Source: Candidatus Latescibacterota bacterium
GTDB taxonomy: Bacteria > Latescibacterota > UBA2968 > SICM01
Length of the DNA stretch: 64,000 nt
Direction: 5' to 3'
Assembly: GCA_965217865.1 (NCBI GenBank)
Contig: CBDCJO010000002.1
Location: forward strand, 3,904,001 to 3,968,000
Position 1 is the first letter of the stretch; every line of letters begins with the position of its first letter. Under the pieces are notes generated by a model. The model did not search any database. It saw nothing but the letters and a program-made list of their open reading frames with translations, and had not been told where the DNA came from. This document shows positions 21,289-31,241 of this stretch, piece by piece. The translations under genes were made by a program, and so were the position numbers.

Positions 21289-22314
21289 TTATGATGCCTG
21301 AACCGGCACCGCCACAACGCTTCCCGTCTCGTGCGACTGGATGGCAGCCTCGATGATTTCCTGCACGGCCAGGCCGTCTTCGCCGGAAGCCTCAATCTCT
21401 TCACGGGGGGGCTTCTGAGCGAGCTGCTCGAGCCAGCGGTGGATGCGATTGCGAAATGTGTCACCGAAACCCGTCATGCCCCCCATGATGCTGTTCCGGA
21501 CGACCGTCAACTCTTCCCCCCTGCGAGGGTAGAAGGTCAGGTCGACAAAACAATTGTCGAGGACGAAACGCCCTTCAGTACCCACCACCTCGCATCGCTC
21601 CAGGTTGTGACGCGGGGCGGCGTCGTAACTTCCTGTGAGGTGTCCGATCACACCGTTTTCGAACTCCATGTTGATCTGGGCGTTTGACCAGCAGACACGC
21701 TTTCCGTCCGGGCCGTCAGGCTTGGGTGCGCGGTTCAGAAACGCGTGGACGCGTTTGACGTCTCCGCAGAAGTATCGCATGATATCGATGCTATGGGGGT
21801 GGAGTGCGCGAAGGTGGAACCAGGGGGAGGTCTCGTTCGGGTTGTCGATCCACATGGTCATGTTGATAAGCAGCAAGTGGCCCAGCTTTCCTTCGGCGAT
21901 CCAATTTTTCGCCGTGGCGGCTGGAGGGACGAATCGGTGATTGAGGTTGATGCCGAAGTAGAGTGACTTTTCCTGGGCTTTCCGAACCATCTCCCGGGCG
22001 TGGAGGATATTGTTGCTGATCGGCTTTTCGCAGAGGACGTGGAAGCCGGCCTCCAGGCACGCCATCACGGGCTCGTAGTGGTCACCTCCGTTCTCAAATC
22101 CACCCGTAGCCACGCTCACTGCGTCCAGTTCCGAGTTTTCAAGGAACTCCGTTAAGCTGTAGAACCCCGTTGCTCCGAAACATCCTGCCGCCTCATCCGC
22201 CCGCTCCCGGACCAGATCGCAGACGGCCACCAGATCTGACAACGGATCCTCATGATACACCTTTGCGTGTGTGTTTCCGATGCCGCGCATTCCGATGACG
22301 CCGAGTTTCAACAT
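21289..22314 (-). CDS. Gfo/Idh/MocA family oxidoreductase
   Basis: LGVIGMRGIG, HVLCEKP and H-x-I-D motifs. Confidence 0.88.
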   Translation of the reverse strand: MLKLGVIGMRGIGNTHAKVYHEDPLSDLVAVCDLVRERADEAAGCFGATGFYSLTEFLENSELDAVSVATGGFENGGDHYEPVMACLEAGFHVLCEKPISNNILHAREMVRKAQEKSLYFGINLNHRFVPPAATAKNWIAEGKLGHLLLINMTMWIDNPNETSPWFHLRALHPHSIDIMRYFCGDVKRVHAFLNRAPKPDGPDGKRVCWSNAQINMEFENGVIGHLTGSYDAAPRHNLERCEVVGTEGRFVLDNCFVDLTFYPRRGEELTVVRNSIMGGMTGFGDTFRNRIHRWLEQLAQKPPREEIEASGEDGLAVQEIIEAAIQSHETGSVVAVPVQAS

Positions 22315-22355
22315 AACGAATCTCGTATCTCTCTCAGGGGTCGAGTTGGCACCGT

Positions 22356-23159
22356 TTATGTGAAATGGGGATCGAGGATCCCCTTGCAAGTCTCAACAAC
22401 ACGCTGCACTTCGGATAGGGCGAAGCCTTTCGAACCCACGATCTCAAGGGTGGTACACGCCAGACCTTCGACGGCCTGAAACGCGGCACAGATCGCAGGG
22501 ATGTCCATGGCTCCTTTTCCAGGGATCTGTGTCTCCACCGGACCGATCGGGATGTCCCGGCTAAGGGTGTCACGGATCCGTGCGGTTACGATGTAGGGAG
22601 CCAGCCGGGAGATCGAGACCTCCGGTATCTCCTGTTCTGGGGTGCGCCAGAGGTGGCTGGCGTCCACATTGAGGCCAATCCGGCCGGGATCGACTTCATT
22701 CATGAATCTGAGGGCGGTCCGGGTCGAATAGACGGCGGCGCGCACGTGAGGTTTAATGCTGATTCGGACACCGGTGTCTGAGGCCGCCCCCGCCAAGCCG
22801 TTGAGGGTCTCCACCACCTCCTTGAAGGATGACTCATCGTCCGCCTTCCCCCCAGACCCTGTTGTGATGGCGGAAGCCCCCAGCTTTGAGGCCGATTCCA
22901 TCAGACGGAGGAATCGATCCCGGGATCCCTGGTCAAGGAGGTTTGAGCTCGCCCCGATAGATTCGATTTCCAGGCCTCTATCGGCCACCTTTTTGTTCAC
23001 GATATGATAGTAGTCGTCCGGATGGCCTTCCTTGAAATGATCCGCCATGTTTGGGAGGGCACAGAGTTCGATTGCCCTATATCCTGCTTTCTGGATGCCG
23101 TCCAGAGCCGTATCCAGATCATAGCCACCGTATAGGATCGTGCTGCATCCGAGTTGCAA
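22356..23159 (-). CDS. Sugar phosphate isomerase/epimerase (xylose isomerase-like TIM barrel)
   Basis: GYRAIEL, GLNVDASHL and PGKGAMDI; next to the Gfo oxidoreductase. Confidence 0.8.
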   Translation of the reverse strand: MQLGCSTILYGGYDLDTALDGIQKAGYRAIELCALPNMADHFKEGHPDDYYHIVNKKVADRGLEIESIGASSNLLDQGSRDRFLRLMESASKLGASAITTGSGGKADDESSFKEVVETLNGLAGAASDTGVRISIKPHVRAAVYSTRTALRFMNEVDPGRIGLNVDASHLWRTPEQEIPEVSISRLAPYIVTARIRDTLSRDIPIGPVETQIPGKGAMDIPAICAAFQAVEGLACTTLEIVGSKGFALSEVQRVVETCKGILDPHFT

Positions 23160-23369
23160 GTCCTGTTCCTTTCGTTGAGGGGAGGCAATGATAAATTGGA
23201 GATTTAAGATCGTGGAATTGAGAAGACCCTTCCGGAGAATGGTCGTTGACCAGTCGGGTTAACCGCAATGATAAGTCCCGGGGTTGATCCGTGTCAAGGA
23301 AGAAAGCTCTTTTTTCTTATAAAGAAATAGCCAGACGGGATATTCATAGGGCCCAGAGGACCGGTTGCC

Positions 23370-25580
23370 ATGGCGAAAAAGCGGAAACCGAAGCCTGTAA
23401 GAAAGAGCGCGGAAACCTGCCCGCAGAATACAAATTTAAAGAGGCCGGTTTTTGTCGTGGGGGGCTTTCTCTTTCTTCACATCGTGCTGGGTTACTGGTA
23501 TCCGCTCTGCATGTGGGGAGGGGATCTACTTGCTTTCCATCCCTTATGGGCCCAAATCCTCTTCGTCGTCCTGAGTATCATGATTCTGATCCCCGCTTTC
23601 CGCGGGCGGATCGTCGATGGGTTGTCCCGGCTGACCAAATCTCTCCGGGGCTGGGATACGCCCGCAAGATCCTTTTCCTTTGGATTAATCCTGGTCCTGG
23701 CTGGAGGGGTCGCTTTCACGGTTTTCGGTTCTGCAGCGCACCTCCTCGGGGACGGGTATCTTCGCACCCGGGAATTGGATGAGGCTCTCTGGGATTCCAA
23801 CCCCAGCGTCGACCGTGCACCCCTCGCGTTCTGGATCATCAGGGCACTCCATCAACTCGGCCAACCTGTGTGGCAGTCCTCCGAGTTCACTTACCGCATC
23901 TATAGCACTATCTCGGGCCTCCTCTACCTTCTTCTCGTCATCCCCCTCGCACGTGTCTTGGGACGCGAACGCCTGGAGCGGGGGATTCTCCTGGGGTTTC
24001 TCCTTACGTCAGGTTTCCTTCAACTTTTCTTCGGCTATGTCGAGACCTATTCTCTTCTTTTTCCCGGAATGGCCCTTTTTCTGCTGGCGAGTCTGCAGGT
24101 TCTCCGAGGCCGCCTCCCCCTCTGGGTGCCCGGGTGCGTTCTCGGCATCCTGATTCCACTCCATTTCCTCATGGCGAGCTTTATCCCATCGATGCTTTTA
24201 CTGGCAACCCTACGGGCCGACGGTCCTTCTCAAGGGCTTTTATGGAAGAGACCAACGATGAGGGAACTGGTGCAACTTGTGGCAACCCCTCTGATGGTGC
24301 TGTCCGTTTTTCAGATCATCGATTTTGATCCCCTCTCGTATCTCAGAGACTTGAAAGGCTCACATCTCCTTTCCCCGGTGGCGGATTCCGACTTTTCTCA
24401 CCATTATGGCCTCTTTTCATTCGGCCACCTGTTCGATGTCCTAAATGAATACCTCCTGGTGGCTCCCGGGGCGGTAATCGTCCTCTTTTTACTTCACAAA
24501 AGGGGCTTCCCACGGGATTCAGTCTGCGTCTTCCTCCTCACGGCCGCTCTCTTTCCCATGCTCCTCACCGCCATCGCGAACCCGGAGGTGGGGGCTTTCC
24601 GGGATTGGGATGCATTCGCTTATCCCGCCATGCCGTTGACGCTCTGGGCCGCTGCCTCGTTGATCCGTCAGGCCAGGGATCCTTTCTCCCTTGCCCATAC
24701 GGGATTCATGGTATGCGGCGCAGCCGCTTTCCACACCCTATTGTGGATCGGGTTGAATGCCGATCCGGGGTCGGCGGAGTCCAGGTTTTCCGGCCTCCTG
24801 GAGCATTGCCAACTATCCGGGCATGCGAGGTCATATGGCTGGGAGACCCTCGGAAAACACTATCGATACAAAAGTAAAACGGTCAAGGCGCTTCAGGCCT
24901 ACCAGCAGGCCCTTGAGGCGAACCCCAAGAACCCACGGCATTGGACCATGGTGGGAAGAATGTACAGCAACCTGGGTCAATATCGGAGGGGGATGGCTTA
25001 CTTTCAAAGGTCGATTTCCCTGGACTCCACTTTCGTCGTGGCATACTCAAACCTGGGAACGGCTTACCTCAACCTGGGGGAGCATGATGCATCCCTCAAA
25101 CATCTCAAAAAAGCCCTGGCGTTAGACCCAAACTTGACAGGCGGCCATTCTAATATCGGGACTGTTTATTTCAACCTGGGTGAGTACGAGACGGCCCTGA
25201 AATACTTTCAGAAGGACATCGACCTGTCCCCGAACTTCACCCACGCAACCTTCAATGTTGGCGCATCATATTTCCAACTTGAACAATTTGAGAAGGCCAT
25301 TGGGTATTTCGAAAGGACATTGGAATTGGACCCAAACCTGGTCGGTGCGTACCATTATTTAGGATCGATATATGGAAAGGCGAGACAGTATAAGAGATCC
25401 ATAGAATATTTTCAAAAGGCCATTGAGATAGATCCGAAACACTCGGATGCGTACTTCAATTTGGGCATCACATACATTAATTTAAGACAGTTCGAGAACG
25501 CGAGGGATTGCCTGGATAAGATCACCGAATTAGATCCGAACGATCCCCGGGCCTCTGAATTGGCAAAGTTGATTCCATAA
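23370..25580 (+). CDS. Multi-pass membrane protein with C-terminal TPR array
   Basis: Many TM helices (LLGDG, FFGYVETY, RDWD motifs) then about 7 TPRs; paralog at 53453..57436. Confidence 0.85.
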   Translation: MAKKRKPKPVRKSAETCPQNTNLKRPVFVVGGFLFLHIVLGYWYPLCMWGGDLLAFHPLWAQILFVVLSIMILIPAFRGRIVDGLSRLTKSLRGWDTPARSFSFGLILVLAGGVAFTVFGSAAHLLGDGYLRTRELDEALWDSNPSVDRAPLAFWIIRALHQLGQPVWQSSEFTYRIYSTISGLLYLLLVIPLARVLGRERLERGILLGFLLTSGFLQLFFGYVETYSLLFPGMALFLLASLQVLRGRLPLWVPGCVLGILIPLHFLMASFIPSMLLLATLRADGPSQGLLWKRPTMRELVQLVATPLMVLSVFQIIDFDPLSYLRDLKGSHLLSPVADSDFSHHYGLFSFGHLFDVLNEYLLVAPGAVIVLFLLHKRGFPRDSVCVFLLTAALFPMLLTAIANPEVGAFRDWDAFAYPAMPLTLWAAASLIRQARDPFSLAHTGFMVCGAAAFHTLLWIGLNADPGSAESRFSGLLEHCQLSGHARSYGWETLGKHYRYKSKTVKALQAYQQALEANPKNPRHWTMVGRMYSNLGQYRRGMAYFQRSISLDSTFVVAYSNLGTAYLNLGEHDASLKHLKKALALDPNLTGGHSNIGTVYFNLGEYETALKYFQKDIDLSPNFTHATFNVGASYFQLEQFEKAIGYFERTLELDPNLVGAYHYLGSIYGKARQYKRSIEYFQKAIEIDPKHSDAYFNLGITYINLRQFENARDCLDKITELDPNDPRASELAKLIP

Positions 25581-25696
25581 GGTCTTGTGGACTCAGCCGA
25601 TAGGGTTTGAGATCGCTTCGACAAGCCCAGGACAGAAAGAAAAAGGGTTTGAGTCCGGAGTCGGAAAGCTGAGCCCCCTTCAGGCCGGAGAAAGTC

Positions 25697-26461
25697 TTGA
25701 GAATTGCAACGTGGAACGTGAATGGTCTTCGGTCCGCCCTTCAAAAGGGATTCCCCGGACTTATCCGAAAAATCAAACCGGATGTGTTGATGCTTCAGGA
25801 GATCCGGGCTACCCCGGAACAGCTCCCGAAGCCGTGGGCGAGGCCGCGGGGCTGGCACGTGTACTGGCACCCCGCAGAACGAAGCGGTTATTCGGGCACC
25901 GCGATCTGGTCCCGGCATCCCCTGTCTGAGGTCCAGACCGGACTGGAACCCCACGATTCGGAGGGACGGGTGATCCTGGCCCTGACCCAGGGAATCCGGG
26001 TGGCCTGCGTGTACCTTCCGTCGGGGTCCTCTGGTGCGGAACGTCAACAGATCAAAGAGGTGTGGTTGAAGAAGATGATGCCGTGGGCAAGAAGGTTGGT
26101 TGAGAGAGACGAACCGGTGGTGATCGGTGGAGATCTCAACATCGCTCACACCGAGAAGGATATCTTCTACGCCAAAAGCAATGAAAAAAATTCCGGGTTC
26201 CTTCCACACGAACGGGCATGGATGGGCGATCTCCTGGGTTCAGGATGGTGCGATTTCGTACGCCGCCAATACGGGGAAGTCCATGGTCCCTACTCCTGGT
26301 GGTCCAACCGGGGTCGCGCCCGCGAGCTGGACCGCGGGTGGCGGATCGACTACCTCCTGGGCAATAAGTGTGCGGAAAAGAGATTCAAGTCCGCATCGAT
26401 CCGGCGAGAAGGCGGCCTGACGGTCTCCGACCACGCCCCGGTGACGATTGACCTGGAATAG
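25697..26461 (+). CDS. xth: Exodeoxyribonuclease III
   Basis: ATWNVNGLR, GDLNIAH, YSWWS, GWRIDY and SDHAPV. Confidence 0.95.
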   Translation: MRIATWNVNGLRSALQKGFPGLIRKIKPDVLMLQEIRATPEQLPKPWARPRGWHVYWHPAERSGYSGTAIWSRHPLSEVQTGLEPHDSEGRVILALTQGIRVACVYLPSGSSGAERQQIKEVWLKKMMPWARRLVERDEPVVIGGDLNIAHTEKDIFYAKSNEKNSGFLPHERAWMGDLLGSGWCDFVRRQYGEVHGPYSWWSNRGRARELDRGWRIDYLLGNKCAEKRFKSASIRREGGLTVSDHAPVTIDLE

Positions 26462-26835
26462 GGAGTTGTCGGGTGAGCGGCTCAAACCTTGAATGGGGAT
26501 TTCGAAGTCGGCTTGGAGGTATCACAAAAAAACCCGATATGTTATTTAATAACAATATTATAATTTAGAAAACTCAGGGGATTAGGTGGTCCGATGATGG
26601 CCCGACTGGTGTGTAAGAAATTCTATTGACACGGGAAAATGTCCTGCATATATTGGGGCATGCCTTTCGGTACGATCGACTCAGGCAACCGAAATATATT
26701 CTGAAAAACGTGACTTTTCTCACATAATTCTTCCCCCTTTTTTGCGTTTATTGATATTGACAGTATCCTGTTCGCGGAGAAAGGAGGTGGGTCGGTCAGG
26801 GGATTTGACGGGACTTTGATAGGGGTTGGAGATTC

Positions 26836-27067
26836 GGTGATTATATACTTGATAAAGTCATGATAGTGATGAAGGCTCTGTCTACTCAAACAATCTGTTG
26901 GCAGTCCCCATGCCGACAAATATAGAAACAGGACATCAAAAATCAGGTAAAGAAATCGCTCGAATCGGACGATCTCCGGCCAAGGGACGGGGCATTCTGC
27001 GAGACTTTCGCAAAAAACTCAACATTTTTGGATAAAGCAAATAGCCTTTGTCAAGTATATAATTCCC
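26836..27067. mobile_element. 232-bp MITE, IS1595-family (ISNwi1-like ends)
   Basis: Terminal IRs GGTGATTATATACTTGATAAAG / CTTTGTCAAGTATATAATTCCC; 8-bp direct repeat GGAGATTC at 26828-26835 and 27068-27075. Confidence 0.8.
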
Positions 27068-27156
27068 GGAGATTCTGTCATAGGCTTTTAGTCGTGCCGG
27101 GTCCTTTTTGCGAAGGTCCTGGGATAAAAGGTTGGTCCTTCTAAGGAGGGAAAGAC

Positions 27157-27531
27157 ATGCGATTGACACGATTGTTGCTCCTGATCGCTGGTGCAGCGTT
27201 GCTGCTGCCCGGGGTGGGGCTTGCCCAAGACCCGCAGCCTTGCGGGCCTCCCCCGCCACCCGATCCCGAGCTCGTGGATCATGTATTTTCGTTGATCGAT
27301 GCGAATGACGATGGCGTCCTGGACCCAGTGGAGGTCCACGAATGGGCCATGGTCGCCCACGCACCGGGGCCGGATGGAGAGCCCGCGGGGCTGATGCTCG
27401 TTGAGCCGGGCAAGTGGCATATGGTGCCGCCGATGCCAGGTGAGCCGCCACCTCCGGGTGACGAGCCCCCGCCGCCGGGTGATGAACCGCCACCGCCGGG
27501 TGATGAACCGCCTCCACCACCCCCTGAATGA
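27157..27531 (+). CDS. Secreted EF-hand protein with proline-rich repeat tail
   Basis: RBS AAGGAGG, signal peptide, DANDDGVLDPVE EF-hand loop, repeated PPPPGDE. Confidence 0.75.
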   Translation: MRLTRLLLLIAGAALLLPGVGLAQDPQPCGPPPPPDPELVDHVFSLIDANDDGVLDPVEVHEWAMVAHAPGPDGEPAGLMLVEPGKWHMVPPMPGEPPPPGDEPPPPGDEPPPPGDEPPPPPPE

Positions 27532-27560
27532 TTCGGGCGGAAAGGCATGAATGCTCTGCG

Positions 27561-27593
27561 AAAAGGCAGGGGGTAACTACCCCCTGCCTTTTT
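27561..27593. terminator. Bidirectional rho-independent terminator
   Basis: AAAAGGCAGGGGGTA-AC-TACCCCCTGCCTTTT between convergent genes. Confidence 0.8.
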
Positions 27594-27678
27594 GATTATC
27601 CCCTATATCTCTTTTAGGTTCCCAACCTCCCCCTCCTGTCCAGTACCCTCCCTAAAAACGCCGGGATCAGAGCCAAGG

Positions 27679-29637
27679 CTAATTGGGCGTTCCAGTCACG
27701 AGCGTAATCAGAGAACCCAGGTTCGCCATCACGGCCTCTCCCATGATCAAGCCCAGAAAGAATGGTCGGATCCGGCCGTACAGAGAGGCACCTCCGTATT
27801 TCAAAAGGTTCCGCTTGATCAGCAACGCAAGGAGTATGCTGAGCCACCAGCCCGGTGCGAGCGTTCCGATGGCCAGGCCGATCGGATGGATGGGCCACCA
27901 GAAGAACCGCTTTCGGGCGAGGATCAGCAATCCTGTTCCCACAGCCCCGACTCCGGACCAGAGGATGCGAATGGGTTGTCCCTCTCCCGTCGGTTCCTTG
28001 ATGGCTTCCCCGAAGTAGTTGAGGTGGTAGTTCAGGGCTTTGATGACGTACCAGCTGTTTGTAAACCCGTATGTCCCCTGGGTGTAAGCGAAATGCAGCA
28101 GGGTCACAGCGGATACCAATCCCCCCACCAGCAATGCCAGGATCATCGCATAGAACAGGGGGCGAGATCGAACACCCTTACGATGGGTCAGTTTCATTGC
28201 GGTGGACGCACTGGCCATCACGTGCGGTCCCTCCGAAAAAGCCCACGGCTGGGCGAGGAAGAACCCGGTGATGGTCGGTCCCCCCAGCATCTCCGTGCCC
28301 GCCGTGTGGAGGAACACCTGCATGGGGCTCAGGGGGGCCCTGGCGGTTACCCCGGCCTCAGCCAGGATCCGCGTGATACCCAGGTAAGTCACCAGCATCA
28401 CCCCCACGAAGATGGGCACGATCCAGACCGAGACACCCGTCAGCCAGAGCCACCAGCAGGTGAAGGCCATTCCGACGATCGATCCGATGACCGCCGTTTG
28501 GTAGGGAATCATCTCATCCTGGTCATCCGCAGACGTCGCTGACCCGATCGTCTTTCGAAAGACATCCCTCAGATGGTTTCGGGCTTCATATAGACCTACC
28601 CCGACCAAAACGATCAGGGCCCCGAGCACCTCCTGATGCAGGTGGGTTTGGTGGGCATAAGGGCGATAGGGGGGCGTCCCCAGGATGCCGCTGCCGAACA
28701 CCTGTATCAGATAGAGTTGGAAAAAGGCGATGAAAGTGAAAAGGAGGATAGACCACAATATATCCAGGGAGACAAGGTAGCTGATGCCCAGGACGATGAA
28801 GTTGATGGAGAACGAAATTCCGATGGAGTTGCGGTAGATCCGGGTGTATGTGGAGAAGTTTATGGGGGGAAAGGCGGGGAAAAACCGGTGGACCATTCCG
28901 GACGATCCCCATAAGCCTACGAGAGAAAATCCGGACCAGAATAAGTTATTGTGGAAAAGCGGGCGTTCGCCCTCCTTGGCCTGCACCAGAGAAAGGGGCA
29001 GCTCGGCAAAGGGAAAAGAGAGCCTTTCTTGATCGACCCATCGCTTCCGGAAAATCACCATGAGCGAGATCATGGTCATGTAAAGCGACGCCAGGAACAC
29101 ACCCCACGCAAACAGAGGCCCGATCCACGCCCCGTAGGGAACTTTCCAGGGTTCTACTCCACCTTCAAAGAACCCCTTAACCACCGCAGGGTCTTTGATG
29201 GCTATGCCTTTGGGCAACAAGGGGATCACGTGAATCCCCCATTCGTTCTCAGTTGTGGCGTAGTGTACAAAACCGGCCATGTGCGGGAGCAAATATATGA
29301 CGGTCCCGTTGATGGGAACCGCGGAGGCCATCAACAGCATCGAGAAGATGACCATAAGCTCGGCCGGTTTCAGCCCAGAACGGAATAAGGCAAGACGCTT
29401 CAGAAGTGGGGTGAGACAGACCAGAAGGAACAGCAGGAAGAGGGCTCCGGTACCCTGTGCGTTCGCCCCCAAACCTCCGCCCAGTGCCTGTGTACAGATG
29501 GCCATGAATGCAAGCAGGGCACTCGCTATAGTACCGATCAGGACGGACCTCGGGGTAACTCCGGAAACCGGTAACGCCTCGACAGATCCGGTCTTCACCG
29601 GTTCGGCTATTATTTGGGCTTGAGCTTTATCGGACAC
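27679..29637 (-). CDS. DUF6785/DUF6784-like polytopic membrane protein (putative peptide transporter)
   Basis: RKRWVDQERLSFP, WWPIHPIG, LKYGG and RPFFLGLIMGE motifs; many TM helices. Confidence 0.7.
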   Translation of the reverse strand: MSDKAQAQIIAEPVKTGSVEALPVSGVTPRSVLIGTIASALLAFMAICTQALGGGLGANAQGTGALFLLFLLVCLTPLLKRLALFRSGLKPAELMVIFSMLLMASAVPINGTVIYLLPHMAGFVHYATTENEWGIHVIPLLPKGIAIKDPAVVKGFFEGGVEPWKVPYGAWIGPLFAWGVFLASLYMTMISLMVIFRKRWVDQERLSFPFAELPLSLVQAKEGERPLFHNNLFWSGFSLVGLWGSSGMVHRFFPAFPPINFSTYTRIYRNSIGISFSINFIVLGISYLVSLDILWSILLFTFIAFFQLYLIQVFGSGILGTPPYRPYAHQTHLHQEVLGALIVLVGVGLYEARNHLRDVFRKTIGSATSADDQDEMIPYQTAVIGSIVGMAFTCWWLWLTGVSVWIVPIFVGVMLVTYLGITRILAEAGVTARAPLSPMQVFLHTAGTEMLGGPTITGFFLAQPWAFSEGPHVMASASTAMKLTHRKGVRSRPLFYAMILALLVGGLVSAVTLLHFAYTQGTYGFTNSWYVIKALNYHLNYFGEAIKEPTGEGQPIRILWSGVGAVGTGLLILARKRFFWWPIHPIGLAIGTLAPGWWLSILLALLIKRNLLKYGGASLYGRIRPFFLGLIMGEAVMANLGSLITLVTGTPN

Positions 29638-29770
29638 AAAGGACTCCGTGAAATGTGAAACGGAAACCCCATCCCTTCCCCACCCCGGAATACAAAAATC
29701 CAGGAGAAGATCAAAATCTACTGCCTTTCATTCTGATCCTGCATCCTGAATTCTGTATCCGGTATTCTCT

Positions 29771-30811
29771 TTATCCTGTCAGTTCTTTCCTGACGATTTT
29801 GGTACCTTCCACCATGGCCTTGAGCTTTAGGAAGGCAAGCCAACGTGGAAGCTGGAAGAAACCGCAATCGGGGGTCACGATCGCTTTCTCCGGGGCCACG
29901 TATTGGAGGGCTTCGCGGATGCGCTCCGCGACTTCCTCGGGTGGCTCGACGTAGAAGGATTTGACGTCTACGACCCCAAGCCCGACTTTTTTGGCGGAAG
30001 CGATCTCTTTCACGAGTTCAATTTCCTTCATCTCCCGGTTGGCGAATTCAAAAACCAGCTCATCACAATTGGCATCCATGATCTCGGGAAACATCCATCG
30101 GTATTGCCTTTTTCCACGGGGCCGGCTGGACAGGTTGCCGAAGCAGATGTGGAGGGCAAGCCTGGCCTTTACGCCCTCCACCGAGCGGTTGTAAAGGTCT
30201 ACCCAATCACCCGTTGACCCGGGTATAATGGCGAAGGAAGGCTCGTCCAGCTGGATGTAGTCCGCCCCGGCTTCGACCAGGGCTTTCAATTCGGTGTTGA
30301 TGGTGCCAGCCACCTCGTGAGCAAGTTCGAGACGGTCTTTGTAGATTTTTTTGTCCCGGAGCTGGATATGGATGGTGAGGGTCAGCGGGCCGGGACAGGT
30401 GGCCTTCAATGGACGGTCCGTATTTTCCTTTGCGTACCGGAACTCCGCTTCGATTCCCAGGCCTTCAGGGGCGACGATCCGCTCAACCGGTCGCCAGCGA
30501 AGCGGGCTGTCATAGCCGTATACCCCGGTTTTTCGCAGGGGCTCGATGGGCTCCAACCCCTTGAAGCGCTGATAGAAACCCTGAACGAAGTACCACCGGC
30601 GCATTTCCCCATCCGTGATGATGTCCACACCCGCCCGCTCCTGGTCACGAATGGCCATGTTTACGGCGTCGTCAATAGTTTCTTTCTGGTCCGTGACCCC
30701 GTAATTTCCCTTTTTGATCTCTTCGAGGGCCGTCCACAACCAGGAAGGGATAGCGTAACTGCCGATAACGGTCGTGGGCAGCAGGGGAGGCGTTTGACCA
30801 GGCATAATCAC
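29771..30811 (-). CDS. Cobalamin-independent methionine synthase II family (single-barrel MetE-like)
   Basis: TTVIGSY, DIITDGEMRR, QLDEP, Zn ligands HICFGN and PDCG. Confidence 0.9.
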   Translation of the reverse strand: MIMPGQTPPLLPTTVIGSYAIPSWLWTALEEIKKGNYGVTDQKETIDDAVNMAIRDQERAGVDIITDGEMRRWYFVQGFYQRFKGLEPIEPLRKTGVYGYDSPLRWRPVERIVAPEGLGIEAEFRYAKENTDRPLKATCPGPLTLTIHIQLRDKKIYKDRLELAHEVAGTINTELKALVEAGADYIQLDEPSFAIIPGSTGDWVDLYNRSVEGVKARLALHICFGNLSSRPRGKRQYRWMFPEIMDANCDELVFEFANREMKEIELVKEIASAKKVGLGVVDVKSFYVEPPEEVAERIREALQYVAPEKAIVTPDCGFFQLPRWLAFLKLKAMVEGTKIVRKELTG

Positions 30812-31025
30812 TCCTTATCACGAAACAGATCGTATGATAATTGAGAACCGTCGCTGAAACTCAAGGTGAAACAGAGGATGCAAGCCTCACGGGATCGCCG
30901 CTTGGTCCACCCGGGAACACGAGGGTCAACCTTTCGCTGAACCCGCAAGGCCTTAGTCTTAATCGATGGATCTCAGAACTTTAACGGAAAGATCCAAAAT
31001 TGAGACCAAAATGGTCCTCCGAATC
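30812..31025 (-). ncRNA. Candidate structured leader RNA (riboswitch-like or 6S-like)
   Basis: Long-range pairing TGAGATCCATCG/CGACGGTTCTCA, nested stems, GAAA-capped hairpin, RBS-adjacent hairpin; no family recognised. Confidence 0.45.
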
Positions 31026-31030
31026 GGGTC

Positions 31031-31060
31031 AATATAGCATCCACGTCGCTATGGTGTCAA
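31031..31060 (-). promoter_or_regulatory. Sigma70-type promoter for leader/metE-like gene
   Basis: Minus strand TTGACA-18 nt-TATATT with extended TGn. Confidence 0.65.
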
Positions 31061-31241
31061 CGCTTTTCCTCGAAAGGGATTAAACCCATTGGGTTTGACC
31101 CATGGGAGAAAGAAATTTTCCCGCTTGTGTTCTGAAAGGGCCCTTGTTATTTTACTAAGCTTTGACCCTAGAGGGGTATAACCTCCAGGCATTTCTGGAA
31201 CTCTTTCAAAAAGCAGGGGTCCAACCCCAGAAAAAGACCTT

